Of a stretch of DNA of 64,000 bases, positions 62,520-64,000 are shown one piece after another. How positions within the stretch are numbered: position 1 is the stretch's first letter; every line of letters begins with the position of its first letter. This DNA comes from Scyliorhinus canicula (taxonomy: Eukaryota): the NCBI RefSeq assembly GCF_902713615.1, contig NC_052161.1, positions 136,509,792 through 136,573,791 on the forward strand. Direction: 5' to 3'. The notes under the pieces are model-generated. The model did no database searches. It saw only the letters and a program-made list of their open reading frames with translations, and was not told the origin of the DNA. The translations under genes and the position numbers were made by a program.

Positions 62520-63200
62520 AGTTCCGGGGCTGGAGATCAGAAATCGAGGCTGACACTCCGGTGCGGTACTGAGGGAATGCTGCACTGTCAGAGGCACCAT
62601 CTTTCAGGCAAGGTGTTAAACCGGGGTCCTATCTGCTTTCTCAGGGGGATGGAAAAGGTCCCAGTAGCATGATTGCGAAGAAGAGCTAGGGAGTTATCCC
62701 CGGTACCCTGGTGAATATTCACCTTTCAATCAACATCACGAAAACGCCCTCTGACCGTTACCACACTGCTCTTTGCGGGAGCTTGCTCTGCACAAATTGG
62801 TTGCCGTATTCTGATTCGCAGAATTGTTACGGCACGAAGGGAGGCCATTAATCATTACACCAGTGACTACATTTTAAAAAGTTGTTTTTTTTCTTTTAAA
62901 TTTAAAGTACCTAATTCATTTTTTCCAATTAAGGGGCAATTTACCGTGGCCAATCCATCTACTCTGCACATCTTTGGGTTGTGGGGGTGAAACCCACGCA
63001 GACACGGGGAGAATGTGCAAACTCCACACACACAGTGACCCAGAGCTTGGATTCGAACCTGGGACCTCTGGGCCGTGAGGCCGCAGTGCTAACCACTGCG
63101 TCACCGTGCTGCCCGTACATTAAAAAAAGTTATATGTTGCAAAGCCCTCTGAGCTATCCGGCGGCTGAGAAAGATATCATAAATGCAAGTCTTTCTTTGC
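62520..63200 (+). mobile_element. Deu-domain SINE (SacSINE1/AmnSINE1-like; other copies about 36870-37170, 12895-13330, 14100-14370 plus; 38755-39130 minus)
   Basis: tactgagggaatgctgcactgtcagagg..gaagaagagc.ggagtt..gggagcttgct.tgc.caaattgg..ataaatgcaagtctttc. Confidence 0.75.
62885..63115 (-). mobile_element. V-SINE, A-tail variant, inside a Deu-SINE
   Basis: TSD approximately tacatt..aaaaagtt. Confidence 0.88.
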
Positions 63201-64000
63201 TATTGCTCTTTGCTTTAGTTGTGACTGTCGCACCAAAAGTCCTGTTCTAAATTAATCGCCCTCTCCATCGCCATATTTGCAAATCCAAGTGGACCTCAGT
63301 CCAGGCTCCCAGAGAAGGCCAGTTCTGCTTCACGGAAGATTAATGATCTTTAATTGCCAGTTAATCTCCAGGGACTTTACTTAGTATCTTCTCCTATTCA
63401 GCCACTGTCTCGGCCCTGCAAAGTAATCAGGTTGATAACCCTGTATCACTTCAACCGAGCCCCGAGCCGACGGGTCTTAAAAGCAGCAGCAATCTAAATG
63501 GTCATTCGTCTGTTAATTGTGCAGTGTAGCCCCGCATGATGATGCTGCTAGTTGAAATTTTAGGTGAAGCTAGAGCACTGGTCATGGTGTTGATGTGACC
63601 AGTAAACCCTCCCTCCTCTTTGATCCTTTCCTTGACCACCATCTCCATCCTTCCTTTTGTTTGGTACCATAATCTCCTTTTATCATTTAATCACTCTACC
63701 TCTCACAGATCGTCCCCTTTCACCATTTCCTTCAACTCATCCATCCCTGCCACAGTACGATTTACCGTCTGCCGTGGTGGGATTTGAGCCAGACGACCCC
63801 CAGAGCATTGCCGTAGGTTTGTGGTTTACCACTTCAGTGACCTGCACCACTAACTAGGCCGCAGGAGGAAGCCTGGAATTCAGGGCGGGATTCTCGGCAA
63901 CGGGGGGCGGCGCGCAGTTTGTTGGCGATGGGAGACTCTGCTCCCGCCACTGTCAATGGAAATTGCCACTGGAGACCCCCCACCCCACCCCGGCAGTCAG

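Overview
Eukaryotic, vertebrate, transposon-dense non-coding DNA, almost certainly from a cartilaginous fish. It carries HE1/V-SINEs, Deu-domain SINEs and HER1/CR1 tails; catshark is my inference. No recognisable host protein-coding exon was found. The one clear host gene is the microRNA miR-34a on the minus strand (hairpin 27338-27446, 5p arm identical to vertebrate miR-34a-5p). It sits in a plausible terminal exon (acceptor 27658, AATAAA 27044-27039). About 4.4 kb upstream is a TATA/Inr first-exon candidate (32108-31913), and splicing the two gives a 184-aa ORF that runs through the hairpin (a miPEP-like hypothesis). The rest is nested mobile DNA: a full-length dead L1 and a 5'-truncated L1 (both with TSDs), Gypsy relics whose LTRs end in AA, two Charlie/Buster-type hAT derivatives (one inflated to 4.1 kb by four minisatellites, which explain the spurious 834/890-aa ORFs), Harbinger-like MITEs, Rex1, CR1 and L2 pieces, Penelope relics with degenerate hammerhead motifs, about 25 V-SINEs with three different 3' tails, and an old local inverted duplication (56.6-61.2 kb). 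All coordinates were read by eye, and boundaries of old repeats are approximate.
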